A stretch of DNA of 64,000 nt from Candidatus Omnitrophota bacterium (GCA_030681595.1 JAUXSB010000014.1:109071-173070); one strand, 5' to 3'. Shown: positions 1 to 11,280, counted from the stretch's first letter. Numbers and translations are program-made. The notes: generated by a model not told the origin, from the letters alone.

Positions 1-1081
<1,081 letters not shown>

Positions 1082-1179
1082 CTATTATCTCCTATTCCGT
1101 ATTGCGTATTGTGTGATGCGTATTGTGTTTTAAAAATTTTTACCCAATACTCAATACGCACGACGCATGACGAAGTTGT
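1082..1179 (-). other. Long imperfect inverted repeat in the metK-ahcY intergenic spacer; an intercistronic stem-loop.
   Basis: GTATTGCGTATTGTG...CAATACTCAATACGCAC arms are visible in the sequence. It lies between the metK stop and the ahcY start on the same strand. Confidence 0.4.
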
Positions 1180-2358
1180 TTACGCTTCCTTTGCCAGCGC
1201 TTTTACCTTATCCGTTTTCTCCCAAGTAAATCCTTCGCCTGACCTTCCAAAGTGTCCATAGGCTGCAGTTTTACGGTATCTGGGTTTTAATAAATCCAGC
1301 GAACTGATTATGCCTCTGGGTGTTAAATCAAAATTTTTACGGACCAGTTTTATGAGTTCCTCTTCGCTAAGATGCGCTGTGCCGGAGGTCTCAATCATTA
1401 TCGAAAGCGGCTCTGCCTTACCGATAACATAAGCCAATTGTATCAGGCACTTCTTGGCTAGTTTTGCCGCAACGATATTCTTGGCAACGTAACGCGCCAT
1501 ATAAGCGGCTGACCTATCAACCTTTGTCGGGTCTTTGCCGGAAAATGCCCCGCCGCCGTGAGAAACTGCCCCGCCGTAGGTATCAACAATAATTTTTCTG
1601 CCGGTCATACCGGTATCGGACTGCGGCCCGCCGATAACAAATTTACCAGTTTGATTAATATAATACTTAGTATCTTTATCAATTAAATCTTTTAACATCG
1701 GCTTTACCACCGCGTCAATTATTTCGTTTCTTGCCTTTTGTGTAATAAACTGCCCTGATTTATCTAAAACCTCTTCGGTATGCTGGCTTGCGATTACCAC
1801 AGAATCAACCCTTTTCGGTTTATCGTTTTCATAAACAACGGTAACCTGGCTTTTGCCGTCAGGGCCGAGATAATCCAGTATCCCTTCTTTACGAACCTGA
1901 GTTAATCTCAAGGAAAGTTTATGCGCCAGATATATCGGCATCGGCATAAGCTCCGGCGTCTCATCGCAGGCATAACCTATCATCATGCCCTGGTCTCCGG
2001 CACCTCCGGTATTAACGCCTTGGGCAATATCCGGCGACTGGGCATTAATCGCGTTCAATATCGCGCATGTTTTATAATCAAAGCCGTATTTGGGATGGGT
2101 ATAGCCGATGTCCTTTAAGACACCCCTGACCAAGTTATGTACATCGACATAAGCTGTAGTGGTTATCTCTCCGCCGACTATAGTTAAACCCATAGTAATA
2201 TAGGTTTCGCAGGCTACCCGGCCTGTCGGATCCTGCCTTAAAACCTCATCTAATACCGCATCGGAAATCTGATCGCAGACCTTATCCGGATGCCCCTCGG
2301 TTACAGATTCAGAACTAAAATAACGCGTATGCACTTTCTTCACCAAACCCTCCTTCAA
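1180..2358 (-). CDS. metK: S-adenosylmethionine synthetase
   Basis: 392 aa with the MetK signature motifs GHPDK, GAGDQG and [19 protein letters not shown]. Confidence 0.97.
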   Translation of the reverse strand: MKEGLVKKVHTRYFSSESVTEGHPDKVCDQISDAVLDEVLRQDPTGRVACETYITMGLTIVGGEITTTAYVDVHNLVRGVLKDIGYTHPKYGFDYKTCAILNAINAQSPDIAQGVNTGGAGDQGMMIGYACDETPELMPMPIYLAHKLSLRLTQVRKEGILDYLGPDGKSQVTVVYENDKPKRVDSVVIASQHTEEVLDKSGQFITQKARNEIIDAVVKPMLKDLIDKDTKYYINQTGKFVIGGPQSDTGMTGRKIIVDTYGGAVSHGGGAFSGKDPTKVDRSAAYMARYVAKNIVAAKLAKKCLIQLAYVIGKAEPLSIMIETSGTAHLSEEELIKLVRKNFDLTPRGIISSLDLLKPRYRKTAAYGHFGRSGEGFTWEKTDKVKALAKEA

Positions 2359-3126
2359 TTAACCTTTCCCCTTGTTCAAAAACTGCGTGAATACCGTATC
2401 GGCCGTCTTGTAAGCATCTACGTGGCCGATATCATACCAATGCCCTTTAAATACAAAACCGTACACCGGCTCTTTATCATAGAGCCAGCTTATATAGTTG
2501 CCTGTAGCATCATTCTTGCAAAGATTTTTAATCCCGCGCAGATACTCGCCGGTCAGGCTTAATTTTTCTTTGGGAAAATAATAAAGGCACATCGCCACAA
2601 GCCTGGACTTAGGCAAAGACGGTTTTTCTTCAAAGTTAATGATGCGCCTGCCTCTATTAATGCCGGCTACGCCATATCTTGAAGCCGCCGCCTTATTTTT
2701 CATATCATACAACCCAACAGTCAAAGCAGGCTTCTTATCTAAAGCGTAATCTACAAAATCACCTAACCCCCACGTAAACAGATTATCCCCGCCTAGAATC
2801 AAAAGGTCATCATTTATATGTTCTTTTTTGATTACTAAATTTATATCGCCGATGGCGCCTATCCGCGATTTTTCTGATTTAGTACCATCATTAACTATTG
2901 TTACCTTTATCTTAAAATCTATCTCCTTGGCCCACTTTTTAAAACAGCTGAAAAATTTCGCGTTGGTAACGATAAAGACTTCGTCAACACCGTTAATCTT
3001 TTCTAACTTATCAACGATATAATTAATTATCGGCCGCCCGGCAATTTTCAACAGCGGCTTGGGCATATTTTCAGTCAACGGATAAAGCCGCGTCGCGTAA
3101 CCGGCAGCCAAAATCAAAGCCTTCAT
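2359..3126 (-). CDS. Sugar-1-phosphate nucleotidyltransferase (NTP_transferase domain only; ManC/RmlA-like N-terminal half)
   Basis: LILAAGYATRLYPLT...PKPLL is the signature of the nucleotidyltransferase family. There is no C-terminal cupin or hexapeptide domain. Confidence 0.8.
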   Translation of the reverse strand: MKALILAAGYATRLYPLTENMPKPLLKIAGRPIINYIVDKLEKINGVDEVFIVTNAKFFSCFKKWAKEIDFKIKVTIVNDGTKSEKSRIGAIGDINLVIKKEHINDDLLILGGDNLFTWGLGDFVDYALDKKPALTVGLYDMKNKAAASRYGVAGINRGRRIINFEEKPSLPKSRLVAMCLYYFPKEKLSLTGEYLRGIKNLCKNDATGNYISWLYDKEPVYGFVFKGHWYDIGHVDAYKTADTVFTQFLNKGKG

Positions 3127-3141
3127 CTCACCCTTCTCTCT

Positions 3142-3969
3142 TTATACAACAGCACAAAGCAATGTTTTATCCGCGACAAAACAATTATTATAATCGTATT
3201 TATCCGGATATTTAAGAAAATCTAATTTCTCAACACACTCATCCAGGATGCTGTATATGGGCTTATCGAAAAATAAACCAAACTGCTTAAGCGGCAAAAC
3301 CGGGCGCGCTGTCCTTGCTTCGGGTAGCTCTTTAAAAAAATCGTTCTTGATAAGGTTTATTTCTCCGTCGTTATTTACAATAAAATAAGCCGCGCCTTTT
3401 GCCTTTCTGTATAAAGTATAATCCGAACTGGATTCGCTTGAAACCCAATTAGCAACCACCAATGGGGCTTCGCTTAAAGGGTTTATTAAAATATGCCCGT
3501 AATAAGGCGGTATAACTATTTTCTCTTTAGCTTTTACCTTAACAAGCATTACATCTTCTATCTTTGTGAAATCATCCTTATCCGGCCGCTGAAGGAGGCA
3601 AAACGCCTCGCCCCATAAAACCTCATAGAGTTCGGGATAAGAATTCAGATGATAATGCCCGGCGGTTTTTACGAACTCCTTGCCTACGAGGGCCGGCCTG
3701 ATAATTGTAATATCGTAGCTTAAATGATGTTTGGCTATTTTAGCACTGTCCGGCTGATATCCCACCCCTCTATACATATAATAAAGCTCTCCCGGGCCGC
3801 TTGCTTTTTTATCCAGCAAGACTTCCTGCATTTGCGAAAGAGCGCGTATATCCGGCTTAACCGGAATCATATCCCTGCCGAAAACTAATTCCGGTTTTTC
3901 AAGGTTTAGCCTTATATCTAAACTTGAATTCTTCTCTAAATTAATTAATTCCTGCTTAAAACGAATCAT
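3142..3969 (-). CDS. Cupin-type phosphoglucose/phosphomannose isomerase (archaeal cPGI-like)
   Basis: Both cPGI signature motifs are present: TAGHYHLNSYPELYE (T-x-GHxH...ExY) and PPYYGHILINP (PPx3Hx3N). Confidence 0.65.
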   Translation of the reverse strand: MIRFKQELINLEKNSSLDIRLNLEKPELVFGRDMIPVKPDIRALSQMQEVLLDKKASGPGELYYMYRGVGYQPDSAKIAKHHLSYDITIIRPALVGKEFVKTAGHYHLNSYPELYEVLWGEAFCLLQRPDKDDFTKIEDVMLVKVKAKEKIVIPPYYGHILINPLSEAPLVVANWVSSESSSDYTLYRKAKGAAYFIVNNDGEINLIKNDFFKELPEARTARPVLPLKQFGLFFDKPIYSILDECVEKLDFLKYPDKYDYNNCFVADKTLLCAVV

Positions 3970-5707
3970 AAACTTGCGGGAATAATTCTTTAAGCTTTCT
4001 CTTGCTGAATTTTTCTACTTCGCGGGCAGTGGCAAAACTCAGCGCCTCGGCAGCTATTTCCTGCGCCTGCTTGATCGTGACCGAACGCACTAACTGTTTT
4101 ATCTGCAGGACCATCCTAGAAGGCATACTAAATTCATCTAAGCCCATGCCTAAAAGAATAATGGCAAACATGGGATCTCCCGACATTTCACCACACATCC
4201 CCACCCGGATTTTATTCTTATGGGCATCATCGATTATTTTCTTTATCAACCTCAAGACGGCGGGATGCGCCGGCTCGTACAAATAAGCGACTTTTTCATT
4301 AGTCCTGTCTACGGCTAGGGCATATTGGATTAAATCATTGGTCCCGATACTGAAGAAATCCGCCTCTTTAGCGATTAAATCCGCGGTAATTGCCGCGGAA
4401 GGAACCTCAATCATTGCTCCGATTTCCATGTTCTTCTCAAACGGAAGGCCTTCTACGCGCAACTCTTCCTTTACGTCCTCCAGCACCCGGTTTGCCTGCC
4501 GCATTTCTTCAACTCCGGAAATCATCGGGTACATTAGTTTAAGCTTACCATGCACTGAAGCGCGTAAAATCGCGCGTAACTGTACCTTAAATATATCCGG
4601 GCGCGCCAGGCAAAACCTGATTGCCCGCCAGCCTAAGAAAGGAAGCATATCCTTAGGTACCTGCAATTGCGAAATGAACTTATCTCCGCCTAAATCCAGC
4701 GTGCGTATAACCACCGGGTAAGGGGCCATCTTCTCGGCGACTAACTTATAAGCCTCAAATTGCTCCTCTTCAGTAGGCAAATCCTTCCGGTTCATATAAA
4801 AATATTCTGTCCTGTAAAGCCCTATCCCTTCTGCCCCGTGCTCAAGCAAAAAAGGTATCTCTTCCGGAAGCTCTATGTTTGCCACTAGCTCAACGCGCCT
4901 TCCGTCCCGCGTCTCTGCCGGCAGCTCTTTCAAAGAAATAAATGTTTTATCTTTGGCTAATATTTTTTCTTCGGCTTCTTTATATTTTGCGATTGTCCTC
5001 TCGTCGGGATTAATCACTATTATCCCGGCCGTACCATCGATAATAATAGTATCGCCTTGCGATATTTTAGAGGTCGCGACCTCAACTCCCACTACCGCGG
5101 GAATTTCAAAAGATTTTGCCATAATGGCCGTATGCGAAGTTTTCCCGCCGATATCGGTGATAAAACCGAGGACATTTTTGCGATGCATAGCCGCGGTATC
5201 AGAAGGAGATAAATCATGCGCTACGACGATAACTTTTTGCTCAAAGTCAGCAAGGCTTTTTTTCTTCCTGCCGCATAAAGCACGCAATACCCTTTTACCG
5301 ACGTCATTGATATCGGCGATTCTTTCCCTTAAGTATTCATCTTCCATGCGGGAAAAAACACTGACATATTTTTTCAGCACTTCCTGAAACACGTAATCTA
5401 CGCTGCATTTTTCTTTTTTAACGCGTGAGATAACTTCTTCAATGAGCATCCTGTCTTCAAGGACCAGTAAATGAGCGTCAAAAATCTGCGCCTGCTCCTG
5501 ATTAAACTCGTGAGCTATTTTTCTTTGAAGTACTATCAGCTCCTGGCGCGTCTGGATAAGGGATTCCTCAAAACGCACAATTTCTCCGGCCACTTCTGAC
5601 TCAACAATAAGCCTCTTTGACACCTCAAAATCATCCCGGCCTATAATATAGACTTGCCCGATAGCAATACCGCTGGAAGCGGCTATACCTTTTAATATCT
5701 CATTCAT
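3956..5707 (-). CDS. ptsI: Phosphoenolpyruvate-protein phosphotransferase (PTS enzyme I)
   Basis: 583 aa. GGKTSHTAIMAKSFEIPAVVG is the phospho-histidine region. A PEP-utilizing C-terminal TIM barrel is present. Confidence 0.95.
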   Translation of the reverse strand: MNEILKGIAASSGIAIGQVYIIGRDDFEVSKRLIVESEVAGEIVRFEESLIQTRQELIVLQRKIAHEFNQEQAQIFDAHLLVLEDRMLIEEVISRVKKEKCSVDYVFQEVLKKYVSVFSRMEDEYLRERIADINDVGKRVLRALCGRKKKSLADFEQKVIVVAHDLSPSDTAAMHRKNVLGFITDIGGKTSHTAIMAKSFEIPAVVGVEVATSKISQGDTIIIDGTAGIIVINPDERTIAKYKEAEEKILAKDKTFISLKELPAETRDGRRVELVANIELPEEIPFLLEHGAEGIGLYRTEYFYMNRKDLPTEEEQFEAYKLVAEKMAPYPVVIRTLDLGGDKFISQLQVPKDMLPFLGWRAIRFCLARPDIFKVQLRAILRASVHGKLKLMYPMISGVEEMRQANRVLEDVKEELRVEGLPFEKNMEIGAMIEVPSAAITADLIAKEADFFSIGTNDLIQYALAVDRTNEKVAYLYEPAHPAVLRLIKKIIDDAHKNKIRVGMCGEMSGDPMFAIILLGMGLDEFSMPSRMVLQIKQLVRSVTIKQAQEIAAEALSFATAREVEKFSKRKLKELFPQVYDSF

Positions 5708-5963
5708 CTTGAACTAAAAGCTTTTCTAATTCCAAAAGCGCTTCCTCCGCGTCATCGCCAATAGCCTCAATAACAACTTCGCTTCCCTTGGCAGCACCAA
5801 GCATAAGAATCCCCATAATTGATTTTCCGTTTACCACTTCACCGTCTTTAGTTACAGTAATACGGCAATCAAACCGTGAGGCAACCTGCACAAAAAGCGC
5901 CGCCGGCCGCGCATGCAGCCCCTGCTTATTACATACGACTATTTTCTTATTTACTGATTTCAC
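5700..5963 (-). CDS. ptsH: Phosphocarrier protein HPr
   Basis: 87 aa, with NKQGLHARPAA (the His15 region). Confidence 0.92.
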   Translation of the reverse strand: MKSVNKKIVVCNKQGLHARPAALFVQVASRFDCRITVTKDGEVVNGKSIMGILMLGAAKGSEVVIEAIGDDAEEALLELEKLLVQDE

Positions 5964-6086
5964 CCCGTTAGACCTCTCTAAAATTAAGTGTCTTCTTGTA
6001 ACTGCCGGTTTCGAATCTCACAAATACCTCTATTTCAAAATCCCGCTAACCTCGTCATGAGGTTCTAACAGGGTTCATTGGTTAAA

Positions 6087-7409
6087 TTATGCCTTAAAAA
6101 AAAGAGAAAAAATTATCTGTGCCAGCTTATACGAATCGTGCCTGATTACTTCGCCAACTTCAACAATCCTGTCTTCTATAACTTTAAACCCGGCTTTCCT
6201 GATCTTCTCAGCATCATTCCTAATAAGGAATGCTTTCTCCTCTTTGTACTTCATTATCAGGTTTTCCGGTATATCGGCGGTATTGACAATCACGTAATCA
6301 ACTATACGTTTCTTAGAATGGTTGATTACCGTATTTAAGTGGTCATACGCGGAATAACCATCGGTCTCGCCGTATTGGGTCATAATATTACATACATATA
6401 TCTTCGGCGCGCTAGATGCGGCCATGGCTTCTGTTATTTCCTTTATTAAAAGATTCGGCAATATGCTGGTATACAAACTGCCCGGGCCAAGCACGATTAC
6501 TTCTGCCTCGGATATCGCCCGTATTGCTTCGGGAGTCGCCGTTGCGTCCGCGGGTTTTAAATATACATTCTTTATCGGGCATCCCTTCTCTGGAATTTTA
6601 GCTTCTCCTTCGGTAGAAGTCCCGTCTTTGTATTCGGCGACTAAGGTAACTTTATTGAGAGTTGAAGGAATGACCTGGCCGCGGATAGCCAAGACCTTGC
6701 TTGATTCTTTAACCGCTTTTTCAAAGTCTCCGGTCAGCTTTGTCATTGCTGTAATAAAAAGGTTCCCGAAGCTATGCCCCTCTAATTCCGAACCTTCGCC
6801 AAACCTAAACTGGAATAAGTCGCGCATCATCGGCTCGGCTTCAGCTAAGGCTACTAAACAGTTACGGATATCCCCCGGAGGCAAAATTCCGAATTGCTCC
6901 CGAATCCTCCCGGAACTGCCGCCGTCATCGGCAACTGTCACGATAGCGGTGATATTACTCGTATATTCTTTTAGGCCGTGCAAAAGCGTAGATAACCCTG
7001 TCCCGCCGCCAATAGCCACAATCTTAGGGCCGCGCTCTAAATATTGCTTTTCATAAAGGATATCCACTAAACCTTTGCCTGCCCTCATTTCTTTTGGGGG
7101 CAAAAATAATTTAATAATAAACACTAACAACTCTTTGAAACCTATAAAAATAAAATATATACCCAGCGCAACAGTTAAGATATCGCCGACTTTAGTAAAA
7201 GTTAATTTATGCGTAAAAAAACTTGCTTCCCCTAAACGTGATGCTCCGAATATGGTTAAAATAACACCGATAATAGATACAACCAGCCAGCGCTTTATGC
7301 CTATGCCCGGATAAAGCCACTTTAAAAGAGTATTCCTTAGGCCCTGCTTTACCGGCAGAAAAGCCGCGCCAAGGTAACTACGAAATAATATATCAAATCT
7401 TTTTTTCAT
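6087..7409 (-). CDS. YvcK/UPF0052 (CofD-like) gluconeogenesis-factor family protein with an N-terminal roughly 100-aa membrane anchor
   Basis: IVAIGGGTGLSTLL and TAIVTVADDGGSSGRIR are the family motifs. Two predicted TM helices precede the domain. Confidence 0.8.
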   Translation of the reverse strand: MKKRFDILFRSYLGAAFLPVKQGLRNTLLKWLYPGIGIKRWLVVSIIGVILTIFGASRLGEASFFTHKLTFTKVGDILTVALGIYFIFIGFKELLVFIIKLFLPPKEMRAGKGLVDILYEKQYLERGPKIVAIGGGTGLSTLLHGLKEYTSNITAIVTVADDGGSSGRIREQFGILPPGDIRNCLVALAEAEPMMRDLFQFRFGEGSELEGHSFGNLFITAMTKLTGDFEKAVKESSKVLAIRGQVIPSTLNKVTLVAEYKDGTSTEGEAKIPEKGCPIKNVYLKPADATATPEAIRAISEAEVIVLGPGSLYTSILPNLLIKEITEAMAASSAPKIYVCNIMTQYGETDGYSAYDHLNTVINHSKKRIVDYVIVNTADIPENLIMKYKEEKAFLIRNDAEKIRKAGFKVIEDRIVEVGEVIRHDSYKLAQIIFSLFFKA

Positions 7410-7863
7410 CTTCCTGTTGGATTATTTTTAAAATTGTTTTTTCATCCGGCGCAGACTTTAAGCCCTCGCGGAAGTATTTATCTTTTAAGAGGCGCGAAAT
7501 GCGCGCCAGCGCCTTAAGGTGAGGGCCTGCCGAATCTTGGGGTGCCAAAATTAAAAAGAAAATATATACTGGTTCTCCGTCCAAAGAATCAAAATCAACG
7601 CCGTTTTTGGAGATGCCGAATGCCGCGATAAGCTTAGTTACGCAGTCGCTTTTGGCATGCGGAATACCCACGCCCTGGCCTATAGCTGTCGAACCCAATG
7701 CTTCACGGTTTTTCAAAAGCTCAATAAGCTTATTCCTGTTTTTCTTGTCTATGTTTTCTGCGGCCAGCAATAAATCTACCAGTTCTTTTATTACGCCATC
7801 TTTGTCGGTAGATTTAATGTTCACCGTTACAGCATCCTTAGAAAGAAAATCCATTATCTTCAT
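7393..7863 (-). CDS. ptsN: PTS IIA-like nitrogen-regulatory protein (EIIA-Ntr)
   Basis: 156 aa. GQGVGIPHAKSD is the conserved His region of fructose-type EIIA. It overlaps yvcK by 17 nt. Confidence 0.85.
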   Translation of the reverse strand: MKIMDFLSKDAVTVNIKSTDKDGVIKELVDLLLAAENIDKKNRNKLIELLKNREALGSTAIGQGVGIPHAKSDCVTKLIAAFGISKNGVDFDSLDGEPVYIFFLILAPQDSAGPHLKALARISRLLKDKYFREGLKSAPDEKTILKIIQQEDEKKI

Positions 7864-7974
7864 AATCCGTGTTCCTCCTAAAATAACCAGTGATTTTCCT
7901 GCCTAAAAAACGGCAGTAAGACTTTCTGATTTAACTTATGGTATTAACCTAACACCATATTGTGTTGATATAAC

Positions 7975-7995
7975 TGGAGCGGGAGACGGGGTTCT
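7975..7995 (-). repeat. 21-nt exact copy of the 3' end of tRNA-Gly (T-stem 3' half, acceptor stem and CCA). Not a functional tRNA.
   Basis: TGGAGCGGGAGACGGGGTTC is identical to 8097-8117. The upstream flank cannot fold into a cloverleaf: the T-arm and 5' acceptor strand are missing. Confidence 0.6.
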
Positions 7996-8096
7996 TGCTC
8001 CCCCGAGCCGACATTCGTCGGCTCTCCTCCACAACCGGCCGCCCTCGCTCGAAGCAGTGCCGCTCGGGTCGGCTTCGAACCCCTCTGTTAATAATT

Positions 8097-8172
<76 letters not shown>

Positions 8173-8219
8173 ATATCTTAAATACTTAGCCCTTAACCGT
8201 CGGCTCTTTAATCTGTTTT

Positions 8220-8301
8220 TGGGCGGAAGAGGATTTGAACCTCCAAGGGTTACCCCAACAGCTCCTAAGGCTGCCGCGTATGCCAATTCCGCCATCCGCC
8301 C
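8220..8301 (-). tRNA. tRNA-Leu (TAG), class II with a long variable arm
   Basis: Reverse complement: GGGCGGATGGCGGAATTGGCATACGCGGCAGCCTTAGGAGCTGTTGGGGTAACCCTTGGAGGTTCAAATCCTCTTCCGCCCA. Confidence 0.85.
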
Positions 8302-8399
8302 CCTCTTTTTAATAGCGTATAGCGGATAGGGGATAGCGTTTAGTTATGTTTTTTAGAAATTCGATAACTATACGCTAAACGCTATCCGCTAAAATTAAA

Positions 8400-8472
8400 T
8401 GAGCCGCCCGTGACTCGAACACGGCACACTCGGCTTAAAAAGCCGATGCTCTACCAGATGAGCTAGCGGCCC
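8400..8472 (-). tRNA. tRNA-Lys (TTT)
   Basis: Reverse complement: GGGCCGCTAGCTCATCTGGTAGAGCATCGGCTTTTTAAGCCGAGTGTGCCGTGTTCGAGTCACGGGCGGCTCA. Anticodon loop TTTTTAA. Confidence 0.88.
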
Positions 8473-8477
8473 TAAAA

Positions 8478-9038
8478 TTAAGACCCCAGGAGTTCTTTTT
8501 CTTTTTCTGAAAGCAGCTTATCTGTATCTGCGATATATTTGTCGGTTAATTTCTGAATCTGCTCCTGAGATTTAAACCTTTCGTCTTCAGAAATAATCTT
8601 ATCGGTTTCTAGTTTCTTTATCTCTTCATTAGCGTCGCGCCGGATGGTGCGCAAAGATATCCTTCCATCTTCGGCCATTTTTTTAACTACCTTGTCTAAC
8701 TCCTGTCGCCTTTCTTTCGATAATTGCGGAAAAGACAAACGCACCACCTTACCGTCATTAGAAGGAGTAACGCCTAAATTGGACTTAAGCACTTCTTTTT
8801 CTATCTCGACTATTACGGAAGGGTCCCACGGCTGTATCGTTAATAAATGCGCGTCCGGGGTAGTAATAGAAGCAAGTTGTTTTAATACGGTAGGTGTCCC
8901 ATAATAATCAATCCGCATGCCTTCTACCAAAGCGGCAGTTGCGCGTCCGGTCCGCACTTCATTAAAATACCTCTGCGTGGACTCTACTGCCTTTTTCATT
9001 TTATCTTCTGTCTGGTGTATTATCTCTTTAACTATCAT
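8478..9038 (-). CDS. frr: Ribosome recycling factor
   Basis: 186 aa, with the typical RRF sequence and length. Confidence 0.93.
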   Translation of the reverse strand: MIVKEIIHQTEDKMKKAVESTQRYFNEVRTGRATAALVEGMRIDYYGTPTVLKQLASITTPDAHLLTIQPWDPSVIVEIEKEVLKSNLGVTPSNDGKVVRLSFPQLSKERRQELDKVVKKMAEDGRISLRTIRRDANEEIKKLETDKIISEDERFKSQEQIQKLTDKYIADTDKLLSEKEKELLGS

Positions 9039-9046
9039 ATTCTACC

Positions 9047-9760
9047 TCACTTGACTACTGTTCCCACTTTTTCACCTAACACCACTCGTTTTATATTTCC
9101 GGTCTTGGTCAAATCAAAAACGATAATCGGAAGCTTATTGTCCATACAAAGGCTGATCGAAGTCGCGTCCATTACCTTTAAACCTTTTCTTAAGAAATCA
9201 ATATATTTTAGGGAAGTGTAACGTTTTGCGAATTTATCTTTGAAAGGGTCTGCCGAGTATATACCGTCTACTTTTGTTGCCTTAAGCACGGCATCGGCAT
9301 TTATCTCCATCGCGCGTAAAGCCGCCGCGGTATCGGTAGTGAAATAAGGGTTCCCTGTACCCGCGGCAAAAATCACCACCCGGCCTTTTTCTAAATGGCG
9401 GATGGCTTTTCTGCGGATATACGGCTCAGCAATCCGCTGCATTTCTATCGCTGTCTGCACTCTCGTCGGCAGGCCGATTTTTTCTAAAGTATCCTGCAGG
9501 GCTAATCCGTTTATTACGGTCGCAAGCATTCCCATATAATCGGCAACCGACCTGTCCATATTAAAAACTCTGGAATGCGCCTCTCCCCGGAAAATATTGC
9601 CGCCCCCGACCACCAACGCAACCTGTACCCCTAAATCAACCACTTCTTTTACCTGGCGGGAAAAAGAAAGGCAAACCTCAGGGTCTATGCCATGCTGTTT
9701 TTCACCCTGCAGCGCTTCGCCGCTTAATTTTAAAACGATACGCTTATAGACAGGCTTCAT
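9047..9760 (-). CDS. pyrH: UMP kinase
   Basis: 237 aa. KLSGEAL...GGGN match the amino-acid kinase fold motifs. Confidence 0.93.
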   Translation of the reverse strand: MKPVYKRIVLKLSGEALQGEKQHGIDPEVCLSFSRQVKEVVDLGVQVALVVGGGNIFRGEAHSRVFNMDRSVADYMGMLATVINGLALQDTLEKIGLPTRVQTAIEMQRIAEPYIRRKAIRHLEKGRVVIFAAGTGNPYFTTDTAAALRAMEINADAVLKATKVDGIYSADPFKDKFAKRYTSLKYIDFLRKGLKVMDATSISLCMDNKLPIIVFDLTKTGNIKRVVLGEKVGTVVK

Positions 9761-9853
9761 AATGAAGTTATAAGTTAGAAGTTATAAGTGCTAAGTGAAA
9801 AATAACAAAGAAAAATTTATAATTTGTCACTCATAACTTCTAACTTCCTAAAA

Positions 9854-10378
9854 CTATTCTCCCAGCTGATACCTGGAAAACCTTCTGACGACAATATTCT
9901 CGCCGGTCTTGGCAATAACCGACGTCAGATAATCGCTGATAGTCAGGCTTGCGTCCTTAATAAAAGCCTGCTCTAACAAACAGGCGTGCTTATAAAAATC
10001 ATTGCCTTCCTTACCTTCCTTGGCAATAACCTCCTGCGGCACTTCCTCTTTTTTAATATATTTGGGATTCATTGCCGCAATCTGCATCGCTACATCCTTG
10101 ACAAATCTCTGGAATTCCTCGTTTCTGGCGACAAAGTCTGTCTCACAATTTATCTCAACCAATACTCCGATTTTACCGCCGGAATGAACATAAGATTCAA
10201 CTTTACCCTGGCGCGCTGCCCGGTCAGCCTTCTTTGCCGCAAGCTGCATGCCTCTTTTTTTTAATATCTCAATCGCCGCCTTCATGTCTCCCTTGGCTTC
10301 TTCCAGCGCTTTTTTGCACTCGATTACGCCACAGGAAGTAAGCTGGCGCAGTTCTTTTACAGATTCATTGAAATTCAT
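9854..10378 (-). CDS. tsf: Elongation factor Ts (short form)
   Basis: 174 aa. LRQLTSCGVIECKKALEEA...TDFVARNEEF. Confidence 0.88.
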   Translation of the reverse strand: MNFNESVKELRQLTSCGVIECKKALEEAKGDMKAAIEILKKRGMQLAAKKADRAARQGKVESYVHSGGKIGVLVEINCETDFVARNEEFQRFVKDVAMQIAAMNPKYIKKEEVPQEVIAKEGKEGNDFYKHACLLEQAFIKDASLTISDYLTSVIAKTGENIVVRRFSRYQLGE

Positions 10379-11280
10379 TTCTTGACTCTCCTTTTTGTTT
10401 CTACTCCTTTTACTTCCTCTTTCGGGCGGAGTTTAGGCCTCTGCGGGCGGCTCTCATCACCGTCAGCCTTAATCAACTCCTCCAGCTCTTCTGCTTTTTC
10501 CTTGATAATGTCGCTACCCGGCTCTGCTGGGCCGAACGCGTCTGAGGCTTCGGCAAGCTTATCTTCCTTGACCAGCTCTTTACCCAGGTACTCCAGAAAA
10601 CGCTTCCTGCCCTCAATAATGCTGTCGGCGATCATAGTGGTAACCAGCCTGATTGATTTTACGGCGTCATCATTACCCGGTATAGGATAAGTAATCTTGT
10701 CGGGATCACAATTAGTATCGATAAGCGCGCATATCGGAATAGCCAGTTTGCTTGCTTCCTGCACCGATATCTCTTCTGACTTAGAATCAATGACAAACAA
10801 AGCCTGCGGCAAGCGCTCCATATCCATAATGCCTTCAAAAGTCCTCTTTAATTTATCCATTTCCTTGGTAAGGCGGGAAACTTCCTTCTTGGCAAGCTTG
10901 TCAAAAGTACCGTCAGTCCTCATTTTTTCCAAGTCTTTATACCTTTTTATGCTCTTTTTTACGGTAGCAAAATTAGTTAAAAGCCCTCCCAGCCAACGGT
11001 GGCTTATATAAAACATGCCGCACCGCCTAGCCTCTTCCTTAATTACATCCTGTGCCTGTTTTTTGGTGCCGACAAAGAGGACGGTTGAGCCTTGCGCGGT
11101 TAAATCCGCTAAAAAATCCTGCGCGGCCCTTAGTGCCTCTTGGGTTTTTTCCAGGTCAATAATGTATATCGAATTTTTTTTACCGAAGACGTATTTTTTC
11201 ATCTTCGGGTTCCAGCGTTTGGTTTGATGGCCGAAATGCACCCCAGCCTCCAATAATTCTCTAAGTAATTCTATTGCCAA
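10375..11280 (-). CDS. rpsB: 30S ribosomal protein S2 with a charged C-terminal extension
   Basis: MLEAGVHFGHQTKRWNPKM is a conserved S2 N-terminus. It overlaps tsf by 4 nt. Confidence 0.95.
   Translation of the reverse strand: MAIELLRELLEAGVHFGHQTKRWNPKMKKYVFGKKNSIYIIDLEKTQEALRAAQDFLADLTAQGSTVLFVGTKKQAQDVIKEEARRCGMFYISHRWLGGLLTNFATVKKSIKRYKDLEKMRTDGTFDKLAKKEVSRLTKEMDKLKRTFEGIMDMERLPQALFVIDSKSEEISVQEASKLAIPICALIDTNCDPDKITYPIPGNDDAVKSIRLVTTMIADSIIEGRKRFLEYLGKELVKEDKLAEASDAFGPAEPGSDIIKEKAEELEELIKADGDESRPQRPKLRPKEEVKGVETKRRVKK

Noticed and set aside
3127-3141. SAM riboswitch upstream of metK
   Set aside because: metK is immediately preceded by, and overlaps, the upstream nucleotidyltransferase gene. 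There is no leader in which an S-box could reside.
6424-7056. Large plus-strand ORFs antisense to yvcK (6424-7056), ptsI (4002-5387 set), ribH/nusB (27774-28400), aroA (40243-40908), FtsK (36998-37312), and minus-strand 50398-50739 and 53282-53491
   Set aside because: Each is embedded antisense in, or out of frame with, a confidently identified gene. Their translations are Ser/Pro/Ala-rich and lack motifs.
7976-8096. Possible additional tRNA (tRNA-Sec or a long-arm tRNA) upstream of tRNA-Gly
   Set aside because: Only the last 21 nt match a tRNA. No complementary 5' acceptor strand exists, and the T-loop is replaced by GAGCAAGAAC. It cannot form a cloverleaf, so it is treated as a duplicated fragment.
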